DNA of 64,000 nt, from positions 171,494,001 to 171,558,000 of the forward strand of contig NC_086097.1 of assembly GCF_963921235.1 (NCBI RefSeq). Reading direction: 5' to 3'. The position numbers and the translations under genes are program-made. This DNA comes from Mobula hypostoma (taxonomy: Eukaryota). The first letter of the stretch is position 1, and each line of letters begins with the position of its first letter. The notes under the pieces are model-generated. The model worked only from the letters and a program-made list of their open reading frames with translations. It did not search any database and was not told where the DNA came from. Shown here piece by piece: positions 43,029 to 56,788 of this stretch.

Positions 43029-44381
43029 GGTTGTTGGGAAGTTGTTGGAGTTGATTGTCAAGGATGAGGTTACAGAGTACCTGGAGGCATATGACAAGAT
43101 AGGCAGAACTCAGCATGGATTCCTTAAAGGAAAATCCTGCCTGACAAACCTATTACAATTTTTTAAGGAAATTACAAGTAGGCTAGACAACGGATGTTGT
43201 ATATTTGGATTTTCAGAAGGCCTTTGACAAGGTGCCACACATGAGGCTACTTAACAAGTTAAGAGCCCATGAAATTACGGGAAAGTTACATACATGGATA
43301 GAGCCTTGGCTGATTGGCAGGAAACAGAGAGTGGGACAGAGTGGTTGGCTGCCGGTTATCAGTGGTGTTCCACAGGGGTCCGTGATGGGTCCGCTTCTTT
43401 TTACATTGTACATCAACGATTTGGATTATGGAATAGATGGCTTTGTGGCTAAGTTTGCTGACGATACAAAGATAGGTGGAGGGGCTGGTAGTGCTGAGGA
43501 AACGGAGAGTCTGCAGGGAGACTTGGATAGATTGGAAGAATGGGCAAAGAAGTGTCAAATGAAATACAATGTTGGAAAGTGTATGGTTATGCACTTTGGC
43601 AGAAGAAATAAACGTACAGACTATTATTTAAATGGGGAAAGAATTCAAAGTTCTGAAATGTAATGGGACTTGGGAGTCCTCGTACAGGATACCCTTAGGT
43701 TAACCTCCAGGTTGAGTCAGTGGTGAAAAAGACGAATGCAATGTTGGCATTCATTTCTAGAGGAATAGAGTATAGGTGCAGGGATGTGATGTTGAGGCTC
43801 TATAAGGTGCTGGTGAGAGTTCACTTGGAGTATTGTGGGCAGTTTTGGTCTCCTTATTTAAGAAAGGATGTGCTGACGTTGGAGAGGGTACAGAGATGAT
43901 TCACTAGAATGATTCCGGGAATGAGAGAGTTAACATATGAGGAACGTTTGTCCGCTCTTGGACTGTATTCCTTGGAGTTTAGAAGAATGAGGGGAGACCT
44001 CATAGAAACATTTCGAATGTTGAAAGGCATGGACAGAGTGGATGCGGCAAAGTTGTTTCACATGATAGGGGAGTCTAGTACGAGAGGGCATGACTTAAGG
44101 ACTGAGGGGCGCCCATTCAGAACAGAAATGCAAAGAAATTTTTTTAGTCAGAGGGTGGTGAATCTATGGAATTTGTTGCTACGGGCAGCAGTGGAGGCCA
44201 AGTCATTGGGTGTATTTAAGGCAGAGATTGATAGGTATCTGAGTAGCCAGGGCATCAATGGTTATGGTGAGAAGGCGGGGGAGTGGGACTAAATGGGAGA
44301 ATGGATCAGCTCATGATAAAATGGCGGAGCAGACTCGATGGGCCGAATGGCCAACTTCTACTCCTTTCTCTTATGGTCTTA
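43029..44381 (+). mobile_element. CR1 LINE, 5'-truncated, RT to 3' tail
   Basis: QHGFLKGKSCLTNL; DFQKAFDKVPH; SGVPQGSVMGP; KFADDTK; tail ttctcttatggtcttatgg. Confidence 0.95.
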
Positions 44382-44767
44382 TGGAAACCGTGCTGACTAT
44401 GGCCTATTTTATCATGTGCCTCCAAGTACCTGAGACCTCATTCTTAATAATTGACTCCAACATCTTCCTAACCACTGAAGTAAGACTAACTGGCCTATAA
44501 TGTCCTTTCTTTTGCCTCTCTCCTTTCTTGAAGAGTGGAGTGTCATTTGCAATTTTCCAATCTCTTGGAACCATTCCAGAATCTGGTGATTATTAATAAT
44601 GCTTCCACAATCTCTTCAGCCCCCTTTTTCAGAACCCTGGGGTGTACACCAACTGGTCCAGGTGACTTATATACCTTCAAATCTTTCAGTTTCCCAAGAA
44701 CCTTCTCTCTGGTTATGGTAACTTCAGACACTTAATGTTCCCCTGACATATGGAATTTCCACCATAC

Positions 44768-46928
44768 AATAGACAATAGGTGCAGGAGTAGGGCATTCGG
44801 CCCTTCGAGCCAGCACCGCCATTCACTGTGATCATGGCTGATCATCCACAATCAGTACCCTGTTCCTGCCTTCTCCCTATATCCCTTAACCCCGCTATCA
44901 TTAAGAGCTAACTCTTTCTTGAAAGCATCCAGAGAATTGGCCTCCACTGCCTTCTGAGGCAGAGCATTCCACAGATCCACAACTCCCTGAGTGAAAAAGT
45001 TTTTCCTCAACTCCGTTCTAAATGGCCCACCCCTTATTCTCAAATTGTGGCCTCTGGTTCTGGACCCCCCCAACATTGGGAACGTTTCCTGCCTCTAGCA
45101 TGTCCAATCCCTTAATAATCTTATATGTTTCAATCAGATCCCCTCTCATCCTTCTAAATTCCAGTGTATACAAGCCCAGTCACTCCAATCTTTCAACATA
45201 TGACAGTCCCGCCATCCTGGGAATTAACCTCGTGCACCTCCGCTGCACTCCCTCAATGGCAAGAATGTCCTTCCTCAAATTTGGAGACCAAAATTGTACA
45301 CAATACTCCAGATGTGGTCTCACCAGGGCCCTGTACAACTGCAGAAGGACCTCTTTGCTCCTATTCTCAACTCCCCTTGTTATGAAGGCCAACATGCCAT
45401 TAGCTTTCTTCACTGCCTGCTGTACCTGCATGCTTACCTTCAGTGACTGATGAACAAGGACACCAAGATCTTGTTGTACCTCCCCTTTTCCTAACTTGAC
45501 ACCATTCAAATAATAATCTGCCTTCCTGTTCTTGGTACCAAAGTGGATAACCTCACAGTTATCCTCATTAAACTGCATCTGCCATGCATCTGCCCACTCA
45601 CCCAACCTGTCCAAGTCATCCTGCATTATCTCAACATCCTCTGCACATTTCACACTGCCACCCAGCTCTGTGTCATCTGCAAATTTGCTAATGTTACTTT
45701 TAATCCCTTCATCTAAATCATTAATGTATATTGTAAGTAGCTGCAGTCCCAGCACCGAGCCTTGCGGTACCCCACTAGTCACTGCCTGCCATTCTGAAAG
45801 GGACCTGTTAATCCCTACTCTTTGTTTCCTGTCTGCCAACCAATTTACGATCCATGTCAGTACCCTACCCCCAATACCATGTGCTCTAATTTTGCCCACT
45901 AATCTCCTATGTAGGACTTTATCAAAGGCTTTATGAAAGTCCAGGTACACTACATCCACTGGCTGTCCCTTGTCCATTTTCTTATTTTCATCCTCAAAAA
46001 ATTCCAGAAGATTAGTCAAGCATGATTTCCCCTTCGTAAATCCATGCTGACTCAGACCGATCCTCTTACTGCTATCCAAATGTGCTGCTATTTCATCCTT
46101 TATAATTGACTCCAGCATCTTCCCCACCACTGATGTCAGGCTAACTGGTCTATAATTCCCTGTTTTCTCTCTCCCTCCTTTCTTAAAATGTAGGATAACA
46201 TTAGCTACCCTCCAGTGCTCAGGAACTGATCCTGAATCTACAGAACATTGGAAAATAATTACCAATGCATCCATGATTTCTAGAGCCACCTCCTTAAGTA
46301 CCGTGGGGTGCAGACCATCAAGCCCTGGGGATTTACCAGCCATCAGTCCCATCAGTCTATCCAACACCATTTTCTGCCTAATGTGAATCTCCTTCAGTTC
46401 TTCTATTTCCCTAGGTCCTCCGGCCACTATTACATCTGGGAGATTGTTTGTGTCTTCCTTAGTGAAGACAGATCCAAAGTACCTGTTCAACTCGTCTGCC
46501 ATTTCCTTGTTCCCCATAATAAATTCACCCGTTTCTGTCTTCAAGGGCCCAACTTTGGTCTTAAATAATTTTTTCCTCTTCACATATCTAAAGAAGCTTT
46601 TACTATCCTCCTTTATATTCTTGGCTAGCCTGCCTTCATATCTCATCTTTTCTCCCCGTATTGCCTTTTTAGTTATCCTCTATTGCTCTTTAAAAGTTTC
46701 CCAATCCTCTGGCTTCCCGCTCATCTTTGCTATGTTATACTTCTTCTCTTTTATTTTTATACTATCCTTGACTTCCCTTGTCAGCCACGGTCGCCCCTTA
46801 CTCCCCTTAGAATCTTCCTTCCTCTTTGGAATGAACTGATCCTGCACCTTCCGCATTATTCCTAGAAACACCTGCCATTGTTGTTCCACTGTCTTCCCTG
46901 CTAGGATGTCTTTCCAGTCTGCTGGTGT
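44768..46928 (-). mobile_element. Relatively young CR1 LINE, 5'-truncated; 488-aa open RT-containing frame at 45180-46646
   Basis: NYRPVSLTS, QHGF, YLDF.KAFD, GVPQGSVLG, KFADD; tail caatagacaatag on the + strand; ccatac at 44762-44767 and 46929-46934 as TSD. Stop codons flank the ORF. Confidence 0.95.
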
Positions 46929-47164
46929 CCATACTGCTACTGTCTTCGACCATGAAGACTGATACAAAAGAACTTATTCAGTTCGTCCACCATTTCATTG
47001 ATTCCTATTACTTCCTCTCCAGCATCATTTTCCAGAATTCTGATATCCACTCTTGCCTCTCTATTACACTTTAGTATCTGAAGAAACTTCTGGTACCTTC
47101 TTTCATATTATTGGCTACCTTACTTTCATATTCCATCTTCTTAATGACTTCTTAGTTGCCCCGT

Positions 47165-47964
47165 TGTTGGCCAGAAAGACTGACAATCTACAAATCAGTG
47201 AATTCAAATGAATCAAGAACGTTGGAAGAAGTCTTGGTTCTTGCCGCATGCTTGGGGATGGAGGCTGCCATTTTGTGAAGACACTCTATTCTCCATTTTG
47301 CGAGCTTGACCTGCTGGGCTTAATCAATGTTTTAAAGAAGACACGATGACTCGTCAGGTAATCTGCTGGACTGGAAATCATTTCCAAATAAGAAGCTATT
47401 TGTGAGATGTTCCTTGGTTGGCTATAACATGCAGGTTTGTGAATGTTGGGGTTGATGCCTGCCTGAAGTGATTCGAGCTCATTGCTGATTGAGAACAAAC
47501 AGCCTTAAATTATCGACTGTCACTTGAAGGGAAGAGGGCAATAAATTGAGCAGAGCCAATAACAAGGTGTTAAGGACAGACTCACGGCCTGTGGCCAATG
47601 ACTCTGGAATGCGATGTTTGAATTGATAAGGAACGGATATAAAAGTGGATGCTTTGTGTGTGCTGGTAGCGGTAACCATCGCAGATACAAGCGTGAGTAA
47701 CTCTGTGTGAAACACATGGCTAGTGAATCAGCATAACGGGGAACGCCTGGCCAGTGTAAACTCCTTTGCCCAGGTGATACCTTTGCTATTCTTTGACTGT
47801 TCAGGAGAGTCAGGAATACTTAGTGGGTGTGCACACAAGGTACTTAGTGTATGAATTTACGTACCAGTTAGTTTGAACAATAAAGGTACTTGTCAGTAAA
47901 TACAGATCTCTCTGTGCCTCACTAAGCATCACTGTAAATAAAAGTACTATTTTTTTTTACAACA
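47165..47964 (+). mobile_element. Solo LTR, 800 bp (Gypsy or ERV-like)
   Basis: TGTTG...CAACA termini; 4-bp TSD ccgt/ctgt; CCAAT at 47556 and 47595, TATAAAA at 47638, AATAAA at 47879 and 47937. It interrupts a collinear CR1. Confidence 0.85.
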
Positions 47965-48904
47965 CTGTTGATTTTTAAAAGCTTCCCAATCCTCTAACTT
48001 CCCTCTAATTTTTGCTCTATTATATGCTCTCTCTTTGGCTTTTATCTTGGCTTTGACATCTCTTGTCAGACATAATTGTATCATTTTTCCTTTAGAATAC
48101 TTGTTTCTCTTTGGGATATATTTATCCAGTGCTTCCCGAATTGCTTCCAGAAATTCCAGCCATTGCTACTCTGCCATCATCCCTGCCAGTCTTTTTTTTT
48201 GATCAAATCTGGCCAACTGCCCTTTTGTGCCTCTACAATTCCCTCTACTCCACTGTAATACTGATACATCTGACATTAATGCCTCCTTCTCTAATTTCAG
48301 GGTGAATTTGATCATATGATCACTTGGCCCAGAGATTTCTTTTACCTTAGGCTCTGTAATCAATTCTGGATCATTACACAACACCCAATCCTGAATAGCT
48401 GAACCCATAGTGGGGTCAAAAAAAGCTGTTCTAAAAAGCCATCTCGTAAGCACTCTAGAAATTCCCCCACCTGAAATCCAGCACCAACCTGATTATCCCA
48501 ACCTACCTGCATATTGAAATTCCCCATGACTACAGTAACATTCCCCTTTTGACATGCATTTGCTATCTCCTGCAACACTCTGGGCACTGTGACCACTGCG
48601 TACTAAAATAGAATGGGTTATTTTGTTTTCATGGAAAAGACTTTAGGAGTAAACCCCAAGGAAAAATCCAGACCTGGAGTCCCTAAGGCAGTCCTGTGAT
48701 GAGTTCAACACTGACTGGCAACTTCTGTGACACTGCTAAACTGTATCAGTCTCCACCGTTCCTTCAGATTCATCAGTTGTGGGGGGTGGGGGCGGTGGGA
48801 TGGGATGTATGTTACAGGGCAGTAACGTACTGCCCTGGCTCGCATATCACATTAACAGGTAGGGTGCAATATCCATGGTAAGCACATCCAATGGAGGCCT
48901 CAGT

Positions 48905-49665
48905 TGTGTTTTCAGAACTAAATGACTACCATCCAGTGGCACTGATGCCAATCATCGTGAAGTGCTTTGAACAGCTGATAATGGCACATATCAAAAACCT
49001 CATACATGCCACAGTGGATACTCAGCAATATGTTTACTGACAGCACTTCTCTGTAAAAGATGCTATAGCATCTGTCATGCACCTATCCCAGCTACAACTA
49101 GAAAACAAGGACGCCTATTTAAGAATGCTCTTTCTGGATTTCAGTTTGGTATTCAGTACTTTTGTCCTTCGGGCCCTGGTGAACAAACTGCTACTCCTCA
49201 GTCTAAATGCACCATTGTGAAACTGGCCATCAGACAGGAAGGCTCTACAACAGGTAGTCAAAATTGTCCATTGTATTACTGGCACCAGCCTACCTGCCAT
49301 CAAGGACGTTTATACAGAAAGGTGCCAGAAAAGGGCCATGAAGGACCATGAAGGTTTCCACACACCCTGCTCATGGACAGTTACCCCAAGCAGTAATGAT
49401 GATCAACACCTCCACCCACTATCTCTACCAGTTCTTTGTTATTTCCCATCAGTCACCTTATGTACAGCCAAGCATCAGTTTATGGACATGTAATCATTCT
49501 ATGTATATAAGCTATTTTGTGTATTGTTATTTATAGTGTGTTTTTTATTATTATTCTGTTCTTTATCTTTTGTGTTGTTCTATGTGCTGCATTGGATCCA
49601 GAGTAACAAGAGTTCTCCTTACCCTTGTGTACAGGAAATGACATTAAACAATCTTGAATCTTGAA
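48905..49665 (+). mobile_element. Rex1/Babar-type LINE, internally deleted
   Basis: LNDYHPVAL.PIIVKCFE; RMLFLDFS..F.T relics; tail atcttgaatcttg. Confidence 0.7.
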
Positions 49666-49744
49666 AAACATGTATAGTTTATGTTTAGTTTATGCCTGTG
49701 ATACATGTAATTGTGTATAAGACAATAAACTCAACTTTGACCCT

Positions 49745-50480
49745 GACTTGTTATATGATCCATATCATTCTTCATTCCTCCTCTGCCTTTTCATGTACCT
49801 ATCTAAATGCTGCTTAAACGTTGCTAACATCTGCTTCCACCACCTCCCTCAGCAGCATTTTCCAGGTGCCTACCACTTTCAGTTTACAAATCTTCCCTTG
49901 AACATCTTTAAACTTTTCCTCACTCACCGTAAATATATGTCCTATGGTATTTGACATTTTGAGCCCAGGAGAAGTATTTTCTCTCTACCTGATCTAATGT
50001 GTTCACTTCTATCAGTTCCAACGCTCCAGAGAATACAATCCAATCTATCCAACCTGTCATTATAGCTAATACTCTCCAATTCAACATCATCCTGGTGAAC
50101 CTCCAAATCTATCACATCCTTTCTGTAATTCAGCAAACAACTACACACAGTACTCCATATATGGACTAACCAAAGCTTTGTACGCCTGTAACATAATGTG
50201 TCAATTTTTAGACCTAGTGCCCCAAGCAATGAAGTCAAGCACCCTGTATGCATTCCTATGAATTGTGTTGCCGATTCCAGTCAGGTACCACAAGATCCCT
50301 TTGTGCATCAATGCTCTTAAAGATGGTGTCATTTAATGGATACTTGCATTTGAACTCTAGAAATGTACGACCTTACACTTGCTTGGATTAAACTCAATCT
50401 TTCATTTCTCTGCACCGTGTCCTTTGTAATCTTTTGCTAATCAGACCAACTAAATTTCTGTCCAGATCATTCATATATTA
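49745..50480 (-). mobile_element. CR1 3' fragment, decayed; similar pieces at ~51795-52365/53160-53280 and 59240-59900 (-)
   Basis: YRKDVIDLE..SYNDRLDRL; QKDLGV.V..LKVATQVD relics. Confidence 0.6.
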
Positions 50481-52392
50481 AAAAAAAACACACAATGGCC
50501 AATTAACTGACCAACCTACCTATTTGGGAATGTAGAGGGAAACCAGAGCACCTGGATGAAACCCATACCATCACAAGGAAAGTGTACAGACAGAACTGAA
50601 TCTGAGTCAATGATACTGTGTGCCATTGGCTGTACTAGCTGAATAATGGCTTGATAAGGAAACTACTTAGCCTGTGACTGTAAGAAACTGCAGAGCGTTG
50701 TGATCACTGCTCAGCTCATCACAGATATTAGCCTCCTCCCAAAGGACTCTGTCTATATTTCTCCTTGCCTTGGTAAAGCAGCCAGCATAATAAAAGACCC
50801 CATTCACCTGGACATTCTCTCTTTTTCTCCTCCCATTAGGTAGAAGATACAAAAGCCTGAAAGCACTTACCACCAGGCTCAAGGTCAGTTTCTATCCAGT
50901 CGTTATTAAACTATTAAATAGTTTCCTGACACTTTACATTGGGCTATTGACCTCCCAATCTGTCTTGTGATCTTGCACCTTATTGTTTACCTGTACTGTG
51001 CTTTCTCTGTAGCTGTTACATTTATTCTGCACTGTTAATGTTTTATTTTTTTCTACCTCAATGCACCGTGTAATGATCTGGTCTGTATAAGCAGCATGCT
51101 TGACAAACTTTTCACTGTGTCTCAGTACATCTGGCAATAATAAACCAATTCTGAAAATGAGAGCACTAGATCCCTCCCTTCCATGCCCTGAATATTCATA
51201 TTCTGGTCATTATGCGAATTTCTCCCTCCACCACCAGTTTTGGCAGGAACCAGCCCCACCCCTATAAAGTTGTTTGAAAGTAAGCAAACAACTCAGTGGA
51301 AACACAGAAGACATCACAGACAGAATGGCTGCTGTGCCAACTTGAAAGGTGAAAAGAAAATATACAAGTTACACCTTGTTGACTTTGGCAAGCGTCACAA
51401 TCTCACAGAAGTCTCTAAAGGGAGCTGGTCTCATGCATTTAAATTGTCAGCTTGGTGCAGGGTGGGTGATATTCACTTCCTGCCTGAGGTGTTATGGTTT
51501 TAAAATTATCCCACACAAGATCGGATTGGAGCTGAAAACACCTTCACAGTCAGGTCCTTTGCAGTGCGGTTATATAATCTGACCATTTTATTTCTCCACA
51601 GGAGTCATTATCATTGTCTTTTTTTGGTATGGGAAGAAGTATTTAATTTCCTGGAAGGTCATTTATTGTTACAGATAGGGAGAGATGAATGCCTTAAAAT
51701 GGCACATCTCATTTATTTATTCTTTCACCACATATGAATGTTTGATAAAGCCAGTATATATTGTCCTTCTTTAATTACCCCTGAACTGACTCAGAGAGCA
51801 CAGAACAGGCCCTTCAGACCAAGCTCTTTAAACTAGTACCTAAATGCCTAATTAAACTAAACCCTTCTGACTTCACAATGTTCCTATCACTCCATTCTCT
51901 GCATAAACACATGCCTATCTAAGAGCCTCTTAACTACCCCTGTTGTGTTTACCTCCATCACTCCTAGCAGTGCATTCCAGGCACCCAATATTCTGTGTAA
52001 AAATAGCCCTGCACATCTCCTTTCAAATTACTTCCTACCCCATCTTAGCTTATATGCATGCTCTCTATTATTAGACATTTCAATCCTGGAGAAAGATACT
52101 GGCTGTCTACTTTATCAATGCCTCTCATAATTATAAATTTCTATCAGGTCTTCCCTCAACTTCTGCCTCTCCAGAGGAAACAGCCCAAGTTTTTCCAACC
52201 TCCCTGTATAGTAATGTCCTTTAAATCAGACAGGATCCTTCTGCAACCTCTCCAAAGCGTCCAAATCCTTCCTGATGAGTTGACTAGAACTGAATGCAAT
52301 ACTCCAGATGCAGCCCAGCAGACTTTTATACAAAAGCAATGTAACTCAATGGACTCTTGAACTCCATTTTTTTAGGAGATACAGCATGGGTA

Positions 52393-52974
52393 CTTTTGCT
52401 ACTTAGGAAGCTGGGTGACATCAGATGGCAGGTGCGACATGGACATCAAAAGAAGAATAGGGATAGCAAAAGACACCTTTATGAGAATGAAGAGTGTACT
52501 GACCAACACTAAACTAGGCATGACAACCTGCCTCAGAGTACTGAAATGTTACGTTTATCCAGTTATGATATATGGCTCAGAATGTTGGGCAATATCTAGT
52601 GACATGAGGAAACGAATTGAAGTAGCAGAGATGTGGTTTTTGAGGATGCAAAGAATATCATGGATGAAACGAATATGTAACGAGGATGTCATGAACAGAG
52701 CAAGCACAAAAAGAGAAATAATGTATGAGATCACAAAAAGGCAATGTAACTTCATTGGACATGTGATTAGGAAAGAGGAGTTAGAATACACGGTAATTAT
52801 GGGAAAGATTGAAGGGAAGAAAGCAAGAGGAAGACAAAGACAAATAATGATGGAGACAGCAGCCAGAGAACTGGAAATGAATACCAATGAATTGATCCAC
52901 TTGACCTGAAACAGGAGTGTGTGGGCCATGGCAGTCAAAGCTCAAACTGGGCATGGCACCTAATAATGATGATG
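52393..52974 (+). mobile_element. RTE-clade LINE, 5'-truncated, with 12-bp TSD
   Basis: DIKRRIGIAK..F..VYPVMIYGSECW..EMWFLR..GHVIRK..GKIEGKKARGRQR; tail taataatgatgatg; TSD acagcatgggta at 52381-52392 and 52975-52986. Confidence 0.9.
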
Positions 52975-54782
52975 ACAGCATGGGTAACGGGCTCTTTTGG
53001 CTGAACAAGCCCACTGTCCATTACACCCATGTGATCATTTAACGTACAAACCTGTACGCCTTTACAGTGTGGGAGGGAAACCGAAGCATCGGAGGAAACC
53101 CAGACGTTCACAGGGAGAGCAGATAAACTCCCTATGGAGAGCAGTGGGAATTAGTCCTTTGAGTAATAAAGGACCTTCTTTACCACCTATTAACTTGTGT
53201 AGACACTTTCACTATGGGCTTTGACCCCAGATCCCTCTATACGTCAATGTTGTTAAGGGTCTTGCCTTTAACAGTGTACTGTCCCTAATTATAAGCAATT
53301 GGAAGTCAGTAAGTGAATGACAACCACATTAGTGGGTTTGGAGTTACATATGTAATCAGATCTAACATACTTCTATCCCTAATAGCTGGTATAGAATCCG
53401 GTGTTTTTTTTTGCAACGTCTATGAGTTTCAGGTCAAGCCAAGTCGAGTTTATTGTTGTGTGGATAGTACAGTGAGGTAGGGGTACAATGGAAAGTTTGC
53501 TTGCATCAACATTATAGGCATCTGGGTTCAGGCAACACACAGAATATAAGCTATACATAAATTATATCAGTGACAAGAGAGAGAGATCAAAGCATAATGC
53601 AAAAACAAGACCTTAATGCAAAAAATACATAATCAGAGACAAGTCCGCAAGTCCATAACGTAAGAGGTGTTTTGGGATGTTCCATTGCTGAGGTAAGGTT
53701 ATGGATGTACAGATTGGTTCAGAAGCTTAATGGCTGTAGAAAAGTAGCTTTTCTTGAAAATAATGATGTGGGACTTCAACTTCTGTGTCACCTGTCTGAC
53801 AGTAGCAGTGAAAAGAGGGAGTGACCTGAATATTGGGGATCCCTGATGATAGATTCTGTCTGCTTGTGGGAGAGCCTCCCGTAGATGCTGTCAATGGTGA
53901 GGAGGGCTGTGTCTGTGAAGGACCAGGATGAGCCCACTACTCTTTACAGCCTCTAGCATTCTTGCATAATGGCATTTCCATACCAGCCAACCAGAATACT
54001 TACAGCAGTGCATCTGCAAAGATTTGTTAAAGTATTTGGTAACATGCCAAATCTCCTTGAGCTTCAGAGAAAATAGATGTGTGGTCATGATTACCAATAA
54101 TGGCTTTTAAATTCCAGATGTCTTTAATTACTTGAATCTAAATTCTTCAGCTACAGTAGTAGGTTATGAACTTAATCCTCTGGGTCAATGTACCTCACAA
54201 TACTATTCTAGTTACTTAGTTACCATTCTAACATACTCATTGTCTGCTCTGAATACAAGTCCTGCCAGTTAACTCATGAAGCTCTCTCCCCAACATTGCT
54301 GTGGGAGTACCATCACTAGAGGGGCTGCAGCAGTTCAAAGTGCCTCATCACCAAATTCTTGGGGACAGTTACAGAGGGGCAGTAAACGGTGGCCTTGCCA
54401 CTGTCGGACACATCCAGGGAGTGAAGGAAATGAGGTTCTTTTCCCTACTTGTCAGTTGTTGTTGCCAAGCTTCCATGATTGCCTTGAAATTATTGTTCCA
54501 TCACCAACAAAGAGCCAGACTTATACTGCTGTAGTACTGGTCACCTACCTTCTCAGCAAGTCCCATGAGGGTTCCTAACTGAGCAGTCATTACTGTTCAG
54601 AGGTGGGATGTGCAATAGTCATTTCATGCACAGTAAAATCCCCAAAATATGAATGTTACAATGACCAGAAAACCTTTGATTCTGTGACATGGTGTGTTAA
54701 GGGCAATGTTTTCAGTACATTCTATCTCCTAGATTGGTGGGGTTGATACATATGGGATGCTTAAGTAATTCAGTGATTTAAC

Positions 54783-56137
54783 ATGAGGCACATCAAGACC
54801 TTGCTGCACCCCCTCACTGGACCTCTTGCAGTTGGCGTACCGTCCCAACTGTTCAACAGAAGACACCATTGCCATCACCCTCCACCGGGCCCTAACCCAC
54901 CTGGACAAAAAAGACACATACGTTCGAATGCTGTTCATAGACTTCAGTTCAGCATTCAACACAATCATTCCTCAGAAACTAATTGGAAAGCTGAGCCAAC
55001 TGGGCCTGAACACCTCCCTCTGCAACTGGATCCTAGACTTCCTGACTGGGAGACCTCAGTCAGTCCGGATCAGGAGCAGCATCTCCAACACCATTACACT
55101 GAGCACGGGCCCCCCAGGGCTGTGTGCTCAGTCCACTACTGTTCACTCTGCTGACCCACAACTGTGCTGCAACACACAGCTCGAATCACATCATCAAGTT
55201 CACCGATGACACGACCATGGTGGGTCTCATCAGCAAGAATGATGAGTCAGCATACAGAGAGGAGGTGCAGCGGCTAACGGACTGGTGCAGAGCCAACAAC
55301 CTGTCTCTGAATGTGAACAAAACAAAAGAGATGGTTGTTGACTTTAGGAGGACTCCGAGCAACCACTCTCCGCTAAACATCGACGATTCCTCTGTAGAGA
55401 TCGTTAGGAGCACCAAATTTCTTGGTGTTGACCTGGCGGAGAATGTCACCTGGTCCCTCAACACCAGATCCATAGCAAAGAAAGCCCAGCAGCGTCTCTA
55501 CTTTCTGCGAAGGCTGAGAAAAGTCCATCTCTCACCCCCCATCCTCACCACATTCTACAGAGGATGTACTGAGAGCATCCTGAGCAGCTGCATCACTGCC
55601 TGGTTCGGAAATTGCACCGTCTCGGATCGCAAGACCCTGCAGCGGATAGTGAGGTCAGCTGAGATCATCGGGGTCTCTCTTCCCGCCATTACAGACATTT
55701 ACACCACACGCTGCATCCGTAAAGCAAACAGCATTATGAAGGACCCCACGCACCCCTCATACAAACTCTTCTCCCTCCTGCCATCTGGCAAAAGGCACCG
55801 AAGCATTCGGGCTCTCACGACCAGGCTATGTAACAGTTTCTTCCCCCCAAGCCATCCCAGAGCCTGGACTGACACCAACCTACTGCCCTCTATTGTGCCT
55901 ATTGTCTTGTTTATTATTTATTGTAATGCCTGCACTGTTTTGTGCACTTTATGCAGTCCTGAGTAGGTCTGTAGACTTGTGTAGTTTTTGTGTTGTTTTT
56001 ACGTAGTTCAGTGTAGTTTTTGTATTGTTTCATGTAGCACCATGGTCCTGAAAAATGTTGTCTTGTTTTTACTGTGTACTGTACCAGCAGTTATGGTCAA
56101 AATGACAATAAAAAGTGATTTGATTTGACTTGACTTG
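54783..56137 (+). mobile_element. Rex1/Babar-type LINE, 5'-truncated, RT domain with frameshift
   Basis: [58 protein letters not shown]; tail tgatttgatttgacttgacttga. Confidence 0.92.
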
Positions 56138-56788
56138 AGTAGTTGGACATTCTCCCTTCACCCTCCTTCCATCGGATAGAAGATACGAAAGTCTGAAAGC
56201 ACGCAACACCCAGCTTAAGGACAGCTTCTACATCACTGTTATAATTCTATTAAATAGTTCCTTCATAGAATAAATTGGACTCTTGACCTCACAATCTATC
56301 TCATTATAATCTTGCATCTTATTGTTTATCTGCATTGTACATTTATGTAGCTGTTACACCTTATTCTGCATTGTCATTGTCTTACCATGTTCTACCTCAA
56401 TGCACAATGTAATGATCTAATCTGTATGAACAATATGCAAGAAAAGCTTTTCATTGTAACTTGATACATATAATAACCTAATCTGAGTTCCAATTCCAAT
56501 TCAATACTTCCTCTGGTGGGAGATGTTAGAAGGCTGAGAACTGAGACAGCCTGTTTAGTGGTGATGTCAGGAAGAAGATTGAAGATCAGGAGCTCACTAC
56601 TGGAAAACCTGTTAAGCAGGAAGGAGAGTCAGTTTGGTCAAATAAAACATTCAAATCTTTCCAATTTCAAAATTTGAAATTCCAAAATTTCAAATTCATA
56701 TTTGCTAGTGATGAACTCTCAATCTCTCCATTGGGTGGAATTTACACATTCTCCCTGTGATCGCCTGTTGCTCTGGTTTCCTTTCATA

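Larger units (their letters stand above)
41815..48580 (-). mobile_element. Old CR1 LINE (ORF2 EN to 3' tail), split by three later insertions
   Basis: Collinear pieces at 41815-43028 (tail, RT VYLDFQKAF, FADK), 44382-44767, 46929-47164 and 47965-48580 (EN: MGNFN, DWVLCN, SDH). Confidence 0.85.

Noticed and set aside
45180..46646. 488-aa RT ORF as an active or domesticated gene, or a retron-like system
   Set aside because: It is part of a 5'-truncated CR1 copy bounded by in-frame stops, lacks the endonuclease and has a TSD and tail.
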